IMG/VR virus record: IMGVR_UViG_3300025327_000035
Coordinates: 1-56,830 of that record
From: a virus
Lineage: Duplodnaviria; Caudoviricetes
Direction: 5' to 3' (one strand)
DNA length: 56,830 bases
In this document: positions 18,399-26,017 of the stretch, piece after piece
How positions within the stretch are numbered: the stretch's first letter is position 1
How the letters are laid out: each line of letters begins with the position of its first letter
The notes under the pieces: model-generated
The model's database searches: none
The model's input: the letters and a program-made list of their open reading frames with translations, nothing else
What the model was told of the DNA's origin: nothing
Position numbers and translations under genes: made by a program

Positions 18399-19247
18399 AT
18401 GATTCCCCAAGAGACTCAAGAGATGATCGCGCGCGGCACGGAGCGCATCCAGCAGGAGTGGAAGCGCCGTGACGAAGAGAAGGCGGCACAAGAGCAGGCT
18501 TATCAGGCCCAGGTCGCCGAGGCGTGGGATCGCTTCGAGGCTGGCGCAAGGGCCGCGCTACCGCCGGAGCTGCATCCGTTCTTGCGGATCGAGCGGAAGA
18601 ATGATCACGAGCCAGATCGATGGTGGGAGGTGGCCGAGATCCAGATCGAAGGATTGGTACCGATCCGGATCAGTCTTCATCGCGGAGACAATGGCGAATA
18701 CACATCGGCTACGAACGGGAAGAGGCTGATAGTCGCTGGCATGCGAGACGCCGAAATCTCCTGGAGCGACGGGCAGAATTACGGCAATACCCACAAGACC
18801 GACGATCTGGAAGAGGCGCTCGGCTTGGCGCGCCTGCGCCATGAGAAGCTGATACTCAACGAAGCCACAGTCGAAGCCGAGCAGGCCAGGCGAGAAGCAG
18901 AGTACCGGGAGATAGAGCGCAAACAGGCCGAGCGCCATGCGCGCAAACAGGCCGAAGATCAGCGCGAAGCGGATGCCAGGCGGGAGCTATTCGATTCGGT
19001 TGCCCGGGACCCTGTCGCGCTGGTAATGCTCCGCGTTTTCGTCGCGCTCCAGGGTGAGCGCGCAGAGTGGGAAGAGCGCCTGAGCCAATCTGCCGAAACG
19101 GCATCGGCGATCGAGTATTCCTACGATCAGCAGCTCGCCAATGTGCGCGCCAAAGAGAGCCGCGCGCTGCAGGAAGCCGACGATGCGCGCCGGCGCGCCG
19201 AGGATGCCGAATACGAGTTAGCCCGCGCGAAGCGGGCTGCGCGATAA
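18399..19247 (+). CDS. Coiled-coil hypothetical protein
   Basis: AAGGAG RBS; E/R/A/Q-rich helices. Confidence 0.7.
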   Translation: MIPQETQEMIARGTERIQQEWKRRDEEKAAQEQAYQAQVAEAWDRFEAGARAALPPELHPFLRIERKNDHEPDRWWEVAEIQIEGLVPIRISLHRGDNGEYTSATNGKRLIVAGMRDAEISWSDGQNYGNTHKTDDLEEALGLARLRHEKLILNEATVEAEQARREAEYREIERKQAERHARKQAEDQREADARRELFDSVARDPVALVMLRVFVALQGERAEWEERLSQSAETASAIEYSYDQQLANVRAKESRALQEADDARRRAEDAEYELARAKRAAR

Positions 19248-19318
19248 CAGTCGCTTTAGTCTTTGCTCCCCCGCCGCCGGCGTGCTCTCGCCCGGTGGCG
19301 GGGGATAGCGAGTCCTCA

Positions 19319-19666
19319 ATGAGCCACAGACACGATCTGACAAAGCGCGAGCGCCAGGCTGCTCGCCTGGTCGCGGCCGGCCTGACCAATCGAGAGATCG
19401 CCGAAAGACTTGGCGTCGAAACCGCGACGGCAAAGACGCATGTGAGCCAGGTCTTGCGCAAGCTGGGCGTGGAGAGCCGGGAAGATGTGCGCGAGCTGCC
19501 GGAGCCGAGCAACGGGCAACATTCTGCGTTTTCAAATGATGACGTGATCGAGATTTTATGGAGCATCCATGCGCTGATGCTGCGCAGGGGCAGCCCGGAG
19601 CTGGCGAGGATCGTCAACCGGGCCTTGCTCCATATCCGCCTGCACCGGAATGGGTACGAGCGATGA
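19319..19666 (+). CDS. LuxR/NarL-type HTH regulator with no receiver domain
   Basis: LTKRERQAARLVAAGLTNREIAERLGVETATAKTHVSQVLRKLGVESR. Confidence 0.9.
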   Translation: MSHRHDLTKRERQAARLVAAGLTNREIAERLGVETATAKTHVSQVLRKLGVESREDVRELPEPSNGQHSAFSNDDVIEILWSIHALMLRRGSPELARIVNRALLHIRLHRNGYER

Positions 19667-20106
19667 AGGCAAGCAGCATCTTGACCATCTGCGCCGGGGG
19701 CGGATTCCGTTCCCGGATCATGGCCGTGCTGCTCGCGCAGCGAACGGGCCTGCGCACGGCCTACGCCGGCACGACGACGGACTGGCAGGGGCGTGTGAAC
19801 CCGCACGCCACGGCGGTCTTGGAGCATGCCGGCATCTATGATCGTCCGCTCATCTCTCACCAGGTTCGGGCCGATGAGATCACCGCCGCCGGCATCGTGA
19901 TCTGCGCCGAGCGCCGGCATCGCGAGCAGTTGTGTGAGATGTATCCCGAGGCAGCGGAGAAGATGTTCACATTGGCGGAATTGGCCGGCGTCGAGGACGT
20001 CGCCGATCCGACGCCGATCGCGCACCTGGGGCACCAGCTGACGCTCGACGAGCTGATGCCGACGTATCAGGAGATTCGTGCGGCAGTGGAGCGGATTGCG
20101 CTATGA
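19663..20106 (+). CDS. Low-molecular-weight protein Tyr/Arg phosphatase (ArsC/LMW-PTP fold)
   Basis: N-terminal P-loop ICAGGGFRS (C-X5-R-S), YAGT, and DVADP general-acid motif. Confidence 0.85.
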   Translation: MKASSILTICAGGGFRSRIMAVLLAQRTGLRTAYAGTTTDWQGRVNPHATAVLEHAGIYDRPLISHQVRADEITAAGIVICAERRHREQLCEMYPEAAEKMFTLAELAGVEDVADPTPIAHLGHQLTLDELMPTYQEIRAAVERIAL

Positions 20107-21137
20107 ACTTCCACGAAGTATCAAACTTATTCCCATTGATGTCGGACGAAGAGCTAGACGAGCTTGCAGACGACATCCAGGAAAATGGCCTCAAGGAGGC
20201 TATCTGTATTCACGACGGCAAGATCATTGATGGCCGCAATCGGTACCTGGCGTGCGAGCGCGCAGGCGTGGAGCCGCACTATCAGGAATGGGATGGCCAA
20301 GGCTCGCTGGTGTCGTTCGTCGTTTCGCTGAACCTCAAACGGCGCCATTTGAGTGAGAGCCAGCGCGCAATGGTCGCGGGGAAGTTGGCGAATATGCGTT
20401 CGGGTTCACGGACCGATCTTGTGAGAAATGGTGCGGAACCTCCCGCCAATTGGCGGGAGGTTAGTCAGACCGAAGCTGCAACCTTGCTTAATGTCGGCGA
20501 GCGCAGCGTGCAGCGCGCCAAGACGGTCATCGATCGCGGTGTACCCGAGCTTCAACAGGCCGTCGAGCACGGAGAGGTGTCTGTATTAGCCGCGTCCGAA
20601 ATCGCCCGCGCGCCACAGGAGAAGCAGCGCGAGCGCCTCAACGTGCACTTCTCAAGCAGCAGCGATGACCATAATACGCCGAGACATATACTCGACATGG
20701 TGATGGCTGTGATGGGCGAGATCGACCTCGACCCATGCAGCAACAGCAAGGAATCACCGAACGTCCCGGCCAAATACCATTACACAAAAAGCGACGATGG
20801 ATTAAGCAAAAAGTGGTTTGGCCGGGTCTATATGAATCCCCCTTACGGCGATGAAATCCCGAAATGGGTAGGCAAGCTGGTCGATACCTTCGAGTCAGGT
20901 GAAGTCAAGGAGGCCATCGCATTACTCCCGGCCAGGACGGACACCGCCTGGTTTAACCAGGTATGCAGCTACACTATTTGTTTTGTGCGAGGCCGGCTCA
21001 AATTCGGAGATGCGAATAACTCGGCCCCGTTCCCGTCCGCAGTTGTCTACCTCGGCTCTCGCTCGAAGCGCTTCATAAAAGCCTTTTCTGAGATTGGGCC
21101 GGTATTCCAAAGGGTCGATCGAGATGTACAAATTTGA
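20103..21137 (+). CDS. ParB-like N-terminal domain fused to a phage Dam N6-adenine methyltransferase
   Basis: LADDIQENG...IIDGRNRY; HNTP...DLDPCS, MNPPYG, LLPARTDTAWF, RGRLKF, APFPSA. Confidence 0.9.
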   Translation: MNFHEVSNLFPLMSDEELDELADDIQENGLKEAICIHDGKIIDGRNRYLACERAGVEPHYQEWDGQGSLVSFVVSLNLKRRHLSESQRAMVAGKLANMRSGSRTDLVRNGAEPPANWREVSQTEAATLLNVGERSVQRAKTVIDRGVPELQQAVEHGEVSVLAASEIARAPQEKQRERLNVHFSSSSDDHNTPRHILDMVMAVMGEIDLDPCSNSKESPNVPAKYHYTKSDDGLSKKWFGRVYMNPPYGDEIPKWVGKLVDTFESGEVKEAIALLPARTDTAWFNQVCSYTICFVRGRLKFGDANNSAPFPSAVVYLGSRSKRFIKAFSEIGPVFQRVDRDVQI

Positions 21138-21582
21138 TATACAGCTCGAAAAAGGCGAACTTCAAGAAAAACGCCTCGATGTGTTTTTCTCGAAGTGGTA
21201 CACCATCCGCAAGACTTCCCGGCAGATGCAGCGCGCGGGCATCGATCGGGTTTATCGGAGAAACGGCAAGGAGACGCGGATTGAATATAAGTCCGATTGG
21301 ACAGCCAGCAAAACGGGAAACGTGTTCATCGAGACGGTATCCGTGGATAGCGAAAATAAGCCGGGCTGGGCCTATACCTCACGAGCAGACATCTTGATCT
21401 ACCTGCTGCCTGATGACGATTTGGTCTACGTGGTAAAAATGAAAGACATTCGGAGCCACATTAAGGAATGGGCCAAGCGATACTCAGAGAAGTCGATCCA
21501 AAATCAGGGCTATTGCACGCGTGGACTGCCTGTCCCACAAATGGAGTTTGAAAAGCTTGCGGTTCAAGTATTGGTGATATAG
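21124..21582 (+). CDS. PD-(D/E)XK nuclease-like protein
   Basis: GID...IEYKSD...TGNVFIE...PGW..TSRAD; coupled to the methyltransferase. Confidence 0.6.
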   Translation: MYKFDIQLEKGELQEKRLDVFFSKWYTIRKTSRQMQRAGIDRVYRRNGKETRIEYKSDWTASKTGNVFIETVSVDSENKPGWAYTSRADILIYLLPDDDLVYVVKMKDIRSHIKEWAKRYSEKSIQNQGYCTRGLPVPQMEFEKLAVQVLVI

Positions 21583-21590
21583 GCACGAGA

Positions 21591-22493
21591 ATGGCGATCA
21601 AAACTCAAATTGAGTGGTGTGATTCGACTGTCAACGCAATGGCCGGCTGCGACGGCTGTGAGCTGTGGATCCCGAAGGCCGGCGTCCACGACTGCTACGC
21701 AGGCGTCTTGACGGAGCGGTACGGGGGCCGCTCCGGCTGGCCCGCGTCATTCGATCAGCCCCGGCACTTCCCCGGACGCATTGAGGCGGCGCTGCGCTGG
21801 CCCGATCTGGCCGGAACGAAGCGCGCCGACAAACCGTGGCTCGACGGAATGCCGCGCTTGATCTTCCTCGACGACATGGGAGACACGTTCACAGAGAGCC
21901 TTGACGCGGACTGGCTGCCGCCGCTCATAGAGCCGATGGCCCGCGCACCGCACGTCTGGATTTTCCTGACGAAGCGGCCGCGGCGGATGCGCGCATTCTT
22001 CGAGCGGGTGGGCATCCCGGCCAACTTCTGGCTGGGCACGACCGTCACTGGCCCGGCGACGCTTGGCCGGCTGCGCGACTTGCAGAGGCTGCGCGACATC
22101 GGCGATAACATCCTGTGGTGCAGCTTCGAGCCACTGATGGCGCCGCTTGAGTTCTCTGTCCGACAGGGGAACGGGGTGTTTGAATCCAGGGAAGGTTTTG
22201 TCAACGACGAGCCGGTTGACCTCGATCTCGAGCCACTCATAGACTGGGCGGTAGTCGGCGGCGGCAGCCACATGAAGCGCAAGATGAAGCCAGAATGGGC
22301 TTACGATTTGATCCATTGGCTTGATGTGACCGACGTCCCGACATTCTTCAAACAATGGGGGGACTTGTCCGCGAACCCGGACCCGGGCGACCCGACCGCG
22401 CGGGAGAACGGCGGGTACGCGAAAGGCGGACGAACAATCGGCGGCAGGACGCTGAGCGAATTTCCGAAGGTGGTTGGACTTGAGCGACAATAG
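21591..22493 (+). CDS. DUF5131 / phage Gp37-Gp68 family protein
   Basis: TQIEWCDSTVN..GC..C...DCYA, DMGDTF, LTKRP, SFEPL, DWAVVGG, FFKQWG. Confidence 0.9.
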   Translation: MAIKTQIEWCDSTVNAMAGCDGCELWIPKAGVHDCYAGVLTERYGGRSGWPASFDQPRHFPGRIEAALRWPDLAGTKRADKPWLDGMPRLIFLDDMGDTFTESLDADWLPPLIEPMARAPHVWIFLTKRPRRMRAFFERVGIPANFWLGTTVTGPATLGRLRDLQRLRDIGDNILWCSFEPLMAPLEFSVRQGNGVFESREGFVNDEPVDLDLEPLIDWAVVGGGSHMKRKMKPEWAYDLIHWLDVTDVPTFFKQWGDLSANPDPGDPTARENGGYAKGGRTIGGRTLSEFPKVVGLERQ

Positions 22494-22686
22494 CCGCCTG
22501 CAAATTATCACAGAAGCTCGCGCCATCATCGGCGGCGACGACGTGCCGCTGTGGTCGGTCGTCGCCGCGCTGGCGCTCGGCTATCAGGGAGAAGGCGTCG
22601 TGCTGCATGTGGCGCGTGTCATCCTGGAGTGGCACGATCTGTATGCCGTGAAAACGGATCGCGCTGCCAAGATCGGGCCAAGGTGA
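22474..22686 (+). CDS. Small hypothetical protein
   Basis: Overlaps the DUF5131 stop. Confidence 0.4.
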   Translation: MDLSDNSRLQIITEARAIIGGDDVPLWSVVAALALGYQGEGVVLHVARVILEWHDLYAVKTDRAAKIGPR

Positions 22687-22703
22687 AACGGATAAATTCC
22701 ATG

Positions 22704-22732
22704 TTGACAACAATTCAAAGCGGGCTTATACT
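22704..22732 (+). promoter_or_regulatory. Sigma70-type promoter
   Basis: TTGACA-N17-TATACT upstream of the HTH gene. Confidence 0.8.
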
Positions 22733-22760
22733 GCGTCGCAACTGTCACATAGGGGGCGCA

Positions 22761-23000
22761 GTGAAAAGAGAGCGAATCTTGAACATTCGCGAAGTTGCCG
22801 AAGTCTTTGGCGTATCGACGAGGACAATCCTGCGCAGGCTGGCGGTCGGATGGCTCCCCGGCGCGTATAAGTCCGGTCCGGGGAAGACATCGAAGTGGCT
22901 GTTTCCCGAAAGATCGGTAAACGCGCAGATCGAGGAACAGCAGTCAGAGCGTGCCTTGACAGCGCCGCAGAAGAAGCGGCGCGCACAGTCCGAGGACTGA
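22761..23000 (+). CDS. Excisionase-like / HTH_17 DNA-binding protein
   Basis: ILNIREVAEVFGVSTRTILRRL..G.LPGAYK.G....KWLFP. Confidence 0.8.
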   Translation: MKRERILNIREVAEVFGVSTRTILRRLAVGWLPGAYKSGPGKTSKWLFPERSVNAQIEEQQSERALTAPQKKRRAQSED

Positions 23001-23037
23001 ACGCGCCGCCGCGCTTCGGCCACTACCCTGATAGCCC

Positions 23038-23087
23038 CCTCCGCCAAGAGCCGGGCTGATCAAGGCACCCTAACAACCGAGTAGCGC
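23038..23087 (+). promoter_or_regulatory. Early leader motif, copy 2
   Basis: CCTCCGCCAAGAGCC-N14-ACCCTAACAACCGAGTAGCGC. Confidence 0.6.
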
Positions 23088-23144
23088 TTGCACGACATCC
23101 CCATGCGTAGGGGATGGTGTGCCCCATTTGGCCGACGGCCTCAG

Positions 23145-23188
23145 CAGGGGCTTATGAGTCCCCTGCTCTGCCACTGAGCTACGCCGCC
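23145..23188 (-). other. 5' half of a tRNA(CAT), Met/Ile2 type; candidate attP
   Basis: Minus strand GGCGGCG TA GCTC AGTGGCA GAGC A GGGGA CTCATAA GCCCC TG gives the acceptor 5' strand, D arm and anticodon arm; no T arm follows. Confidence 0.8.
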
Positions 23189-23219
23189 AGCGCCAAATGA
23201 GCAAAGCGCTTCGGACTGG

Positions 23220-23228
23220 ATTATATCA
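23220..23228 (-). promoter_or_regulatory. Extended -10 promoter facing the tRNA half
   Basis: Minus strand TGATATAAT about 30 nt upstream of tRNA position 1. Confidence 0.6.
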
Positions 23229-23230
23229 CG

Positions 23231-23258
23231 AAACTCTACGCAGGTAGAGTTTTTGTTT
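23231..23258 (+). terminator. Hairpin + T-tract before the replication operon
   Basis: AAACTCTAC-GCAG-GTAGAGTTT then TTGTTT. Confidence 0.5.
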
Positions 23259-23282
23259 CGACATTCAGTTCAGGAGCTAACG

Positions 23283-23486
23283 ATGCAATACGATCTATAT
23301 AAAGTGTTTACAAAGGATTCTTTGAGAGCGACGGTCTACGTCGCGTCCAATGAGGATCCTGACTTCGAGATTCGACGTTGGCTGGGCCAACAGAACGTGG
23401 CGCCGGCAAACGTGTCGAGCATTTCTCCGGCCGGATACCGGACGGAAGATGTCCGGCCGAAGAACACGCCGTTCGTGGCGAGCTAG
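23283..23486 (+). CDS. Small hypothetical protein
   Basis: AGGAG RBS before ATG 23283. Confidence 0.55.
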   Translation: MQYDLYKVFTKDSLRATVYVASNEDPDFEIRRWLGQQNVAPANVSSISPAGYRTEDVRPKNTPFVAS

Positions 23487-23495
23487 GAGAGCGCA

Positions 23496-23705
23496 ATGAG
23501 TGCAGAACTGGCGAAAGCGTATTGGCTCGTCCTTGGTAGTGGCTGGACCGACGATGGGGCGCGCCAACGTTTCAAGGAAAAGTTTGGATACCATGCGGAA
23601 CAGGTCATCCGAGAGAAGGGCTATGCGTGGGTCGGTCCGATCAAAGAGGCAACATTGAAGCCGACACCCAGGCCAGAGCCGACGCCGGACTTGATTGTTC
23701 TATAA
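23496..23705 (+). CDS. Small hypothetical protein
   Basis: AGGAG RBS; ARQRFKEKFGYHAE. Confidence 0.6.
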   Translation: MSAELAKAYWLVLGSGWTDDGARQRFKEKFGYHAEQVIREKGYAWVGPIKEATLKPTPRPEPTPDLIVL

Positions 23706-23819
23706 ATGGATCGAGCCACGTCCCCCAACGTGGCCCGCTCCCCCAAGGTGGTGCAGTTGCTGACATACCTGCACCCCCAGTATACACCCGTCTGTCAAGA
23801 CAGGCAATGGGGGTCAATG

Positions 23820-24647
23820 ATGAGTGTCAAGGCAATGACTGCCGTATTCGATGCGCGCAGACTGACTCCAACCGAAAAGCTAGTGCTCTTGGCGCTGGCC
23901 GATCATGCCTCCGAGGATGGATTGAATATCTATCCGAGTGTGGAGACTGTGTGTAAGAAGACCGCATTAGGAGACCGCACAGTAAGGCGCACCATCAAGT
24001 CGCTGAGAAGCGAAAAGAGAGGCATCCTGTTTCTGGTCAGGCGAAAAGGGCGACTGCAAAATGAATACGGCATGAATCTGGCGAAGTTGCAAGACCTGCC
24101 AGACGATCCACTGAGACCTGCCACTGTGGCAGGTCAAGACCTGTCAGACGATCCACTGAGACCTGCCACTGTGGCAGGTAAATCATCAGTAGAATCGTCA
24201 GATCATCCATCAGGAAATCTTAACGCTGCTACGCCGCGTAACGCTCGCCCGCAAGACCTGCACTTTGAAGCTCTCTCGGATGTCTCAAACCTGACACCGC
24301 CCGGGCGGGACTGGAAGCAGCTCACGCGGACCGCCGCCGGCCAGCTCAACCGCTACGCCAAAGAGCTGAGAGACGCCGGCGCGACACCGGAACAGATCGC
24401 GGCCTTTGGGCCGTGGTGGTACGCAAACGATTGGCGCGGCCAGAAGCGACAGCCGCCGAAGCCGGCGGACGTAGCCAGAGAGTGGCCGCGCTACAGGAAC
24501 GGAGATCGAACGAATGGAACACATCAGCAAAGCACTGGCCCGTTTGCAGGACTCGATCCCGCCGAGCGCGAACGGCTCCAGGCGCTCGCCGACAAGATCA
24601 ACGCTCGACGAGCGGCGAAGCGCGCAGCGCAGCGCGGCGCTGCGTGA
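23820..24647 (+). CDS. Replication initiator (N-terminal HTH_36-type winged helix)
   Basis: MSVKAM...KLVLLALADHA...YPSVETVCKKT.LGDRTVRRTIKSL; internal tandem repeat; followed by DnaC; the start could be upstream (23706/23817). Confidence 0.85.
   Translation: MSVKAMTAVFDARRLTPTEKLVLLALADHASEDGLNIYPSVETVCKKTALGDRTVRRTIKSLRSEKRGILFLVRRKGRLQNEYGMNLAKLQDLPDDPLRPATVAGQDLSDDPLRPATVAGKSSVESSDHPSGNLNAATPRNARPQDLHFEALSDVSNLTPPGRDWKQLTRTAAGQLNRYAKELRDAGATPEQIAAFGPWWYANDWRGQKRQPPKPADVAREWPRYRNGDRTNGTHQQSTGPFAGLDPAERERLQALADKINARRAAKRAAQRGAA
24090..24179. repeat. 2 x 45-bp tandem repeat, probable replication origin iterons
   Basis: CAAGACCTG(C/T)CAGACGATCCACTGAGACCTGCCACTGTGGCAGGT x2, each ending in the palindrome ACCTGCCAC-T-GTGGCAGGT. 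Confidence 0.85.
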
Positions 24648-25368
24648 GTACGCCGAGCTGCTGGGATCGACGCCCGGCATCGAGCGTTGTCCGAAGTGTG
24701 ACGGCTCCGGCGTCGTGGTCGATCCGCTTGGCTTCGGGCATTCGTGCCCGGAGTGTGAGCCTCGTCGGCAGGCCGAGCGGATGCAGGTGATGTCGGGCCT
24801 GAACGCCGACGAGCGCGCTGTTCGGCTCGACGACGTCGACTTCACCGGCGGCGGCACGGATGGACTGATCGTCGCGGCGCGGACGTTCCTGGTGCGGCCC
24901 GCCGGCATCCTGACACTGTGGGGCGGTCCGGGCAACGCCAAGACAATGGTGCTGCAGGCCATCGTCGGCGAGTGCCTGGCGCGCAGCGTGCCGGCGGTGT
25001 ACACGACATTCTACGATCTCGCGGGTTACGTGCGCGAGGCGTTCCGGGACGACAGCGAATCGGCCTGGCGGCGCATGCAGCGATTCCAGTCGGTGCGCGT
25101 GCTGTGCATTGACGAGCTGGACAAGGTGAAGGATACAAGTTGGTTGCGCGAGCTCGAGACAGCGATCATCGACAAGCGCTACCGCGATGGCCTGGCTGGT
25201 CTGACTGGAACGGTGATCGCCATGAATGAATCACCTGACTCATTGCCGGAGTGGATCAAGAGCCGGCTGCGGGATGGGCGCAATCGGATCGTGCACAATT
25301 CCGATCCGGATGTGCGGACGGCGATGTCGGATGAGAGCGGTCCGAGCGCGCGGCCGGCGGGGTTGTGA
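24514..25368 (+). CDS. DnaC/IstB-like AAA+ helicase loader
   Basis: CPKC...CPEC zinc motif; variant Walker A GGPGNAKT; Walker B LCIDEL; IKSRL. Confidence 0.9.
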   Translation: MEHISKALARLQDSIPPSANGSRRSPTRSTLDERRSAQRSAALREYAELLGSTPGIERCPKCDGSGVVVDPLGFGHSCPECEPRRQAERMQVMSGLNADERAVRLDDVDFTGGGTDGLIVAARTFLVRPAGILTLWGGPGNAKTMVLQAIVGECLARSVPAVYTTFYDLAGYVREAFRDDSESAWRRMQRFQSVRVLCIDELDKVKDTSWLRELETAIIDKRYRDGLAGLTGTVIAMNESPDSLPEWIKSRLRDGRNRIVHNSDPDVRTAMSDESGPSARPAGL

Positions 25369-25369
25369 T

Positions 25370-25564
25370 ATGACGATGAAGCAAGACGGAAACGTGAATC
25401 AAAGTTACATCGACCTGATCGTCGAAGCGTGGCACGAGCTGCAGGAGATCGAGGCGGGCCATGCCGCCAGGATCGACGGATGGCATCTCAAATGGTCGGC
25501 GCGATCCATCAGGGTTGGAGATCGCGAGGCGATGATCAGGAATCTGAAGAAGGCCAAAGTGTGA
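25370..25564 (+). CDS. Small hypothetical protein
   Basis: ATG directly after the DnaC stop. Confidence 0.4.
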   Translation: MTMKQDGNVNQSYIDLIVEAWHELQEIEAGHAARIDGWHLKWSARSIRVGDREAMIRNLKKAKV

Positions 25565-25771
25565 CCTGCGGCCCCGATGGGCGCATAGAGTCTCTAGGTC
25601 AGCCCGGGCCGGCCAGTCACGGCCTGGGCGCCTGCACCTGCCCGCGCGGGCGGGAGGGCCGGGAGTGATGCGCACCGAGTAGGCCGCTGAATCCAAATCG
25701 GCGAATGTGGTTGGAGATACAAAAAGGGACTCAGGGCAGAGGGCTGGCTCTGCCCTCCTTGAGGAGGAACA

Positions 25772-26008
25772 ATGGCGATCAACTCATACACATTACGGTC
25801 GGACGCAGATAGATTAGCGCAGGGACAAGCCGCAGGCGCATGGGATGGTGTTGTCAACCGCCTGCGCGAAGCGGCTGATGAGATTGATCGCTTGCGCACG
25901 GATTGTGCCGTGAAGCAAGGCGCGATAGATGCGATGTGCGGGGCGCTTGGCGTCAAGACGGTGCGCGAGGCGATGGCTGCGATCAATAAGCTGCACCTGA
26001 AAGGGTAG
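25772..26008 (+). CDS. Small hypothetical protein
   Basis: GAGGAGG RBS; LREAADEIDRLR. Confidence 0.65.
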   Translation: MAINSYTLRSDADRLAQGQAAGAWDGVVNRLREAADEIDRLRTDCAVKQGAIDAMCGALGVKTVREAMAAINKLHLKG

Positions 26009-26017
26009 GGGGATAAT

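Noticed and set aside
18856-20034. 392-aa minus-strand ORF
   Set aside because: Shadow of motif-bearing + strand genes in GC-rich DNA.
22975-23188. Complete, intron-containing tRNA or tmRNA
   Set aside because: No canonical T arm (TTCRANT in a 5-bp stem) or CCA end; the CGCCGCT near 22980 lies in the HTH coding sequence; no group I intron core seen.
25686-25740. c-di-AMP (ydaO) riboswitch suggested by GCTGAATCC
   Set aside because: The other conserved ydaO segments are absent.
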